From: Balanoglossus misakiensis
Taxonomy: Eukaryota; Animalia; Hemichordata
Direction: 5' to 3'
Length of the DNA stretch: 64,000 nt
NCBI GenBank assembly: GCA_040954595.2
Contig: CM082576.2
Location: 13,333,129 to 13,397,128 of the forward strand
The first letter of the stretch is position 1. Each line of letters begins with the position of its first letter. The position numbers were made by a program, and so were the translations under genes. Of the stretch, positions 63,801 to 64,000 are shown one piece after another. Below the pieces are notes generated by a model, which was not told the DNA's origin, did not search any database, and saw only the letters and a list, made by a program, of their open reading frames with translations.

Positions 63801-64000
63801 GTGTTTTATTTGTACAGTAGAATATTAATATAGTAAATTGCCGTGATAATAGTTTTCGATGATGTACAGTGTACCGTGTATCTACAGACTGAACAGCATA
63901 ACTAAACCTGACGACATGAATGAATTTATGATGGTTGAATGTATTCATGTAATTATGAACATTCACAAGCAGTGCATTGATATCCTGTATTTCAGATGTC
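60839..64000 (+). CDS. CLASRP: CLK4-associating serine/arginine-rich protein (SFRS16), 5' part, truncated by the window end
   Basis: Exons 60839-60937, 62045-62142, 62596-62765, 63010-63091, 63400-63551, 63996->. MWHEARKQERKLRGMMVDYKRRAERRREYYEKI, DPTQF, MPWQGD..IDRFDVRAHLD, CNYERYRTLVQNEF, ASIGFVYEDS. Confidence 0.95.
61020..61235. mobile_element. MITE-like element with long imperfect terminal inverted repeats containing TTAGGG-like units, in CLASRP intron 1
   Basis: Left arm ttggact...tggcgatggttagcattaggattagcgttagggttagggttatgac; right arm ggcataaacctaaccctaatgctaaccatcgcca...agtccaa. No clear TSD. Confidence 0.6.
62733..62848 (+). repeat. ~58-bp tandem duplication of the 3' end and splice donor of CLASRP exon 3
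   Basis: ataggacattggttcaaaatgaatttatgggaa|gtaag and ataggatattggttaaaaaatgaattcatgggaa|gtaag; donors at 62766 and 62825. Confidence 0.85.

Overview
Intron-rich, AT-rich eukaryotic (metazoan, probably marine invertebrate; taxon is inference only) genomic window. I reconstructed gene models by hand from GT-AG splice sites and phase continuity. (1) CDAN1/codanin-1 (+, 235-16610, 22 exons), with (2) a two-exon Gal-3-O-sulfotransferase-family gene nested antisense in intron 13. (3) An unnamed ~1059-aa protein with an N-terminal calponin-homology domain and a C-terminal SAM domain (+, 19039-39012). (4) A ~900-aa secreted precursor (+, 42124-46402) with a helical N-terminal domain, furin-type sites and six two-cysteine peptide units (five near-identical 83-aa repeats), followed by a truncated duplicate of its promoter and exon 1. 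(5) A divergent DYRK-like kinase (-, 48668 to 55298/56020/56733) whose promoter plus first coding exon is tandemly triplicated. (6) A probable orphan gene (-, 58215-59046). (7) The 5' part of CLASRP (+, 60839 to window end). Best candidates for something new: the secreted multi-peptide polyprotein and the triplicated promoter/first-exon array of the atypical kinase. No database searches were possible; family calls rest on recalled motifs.
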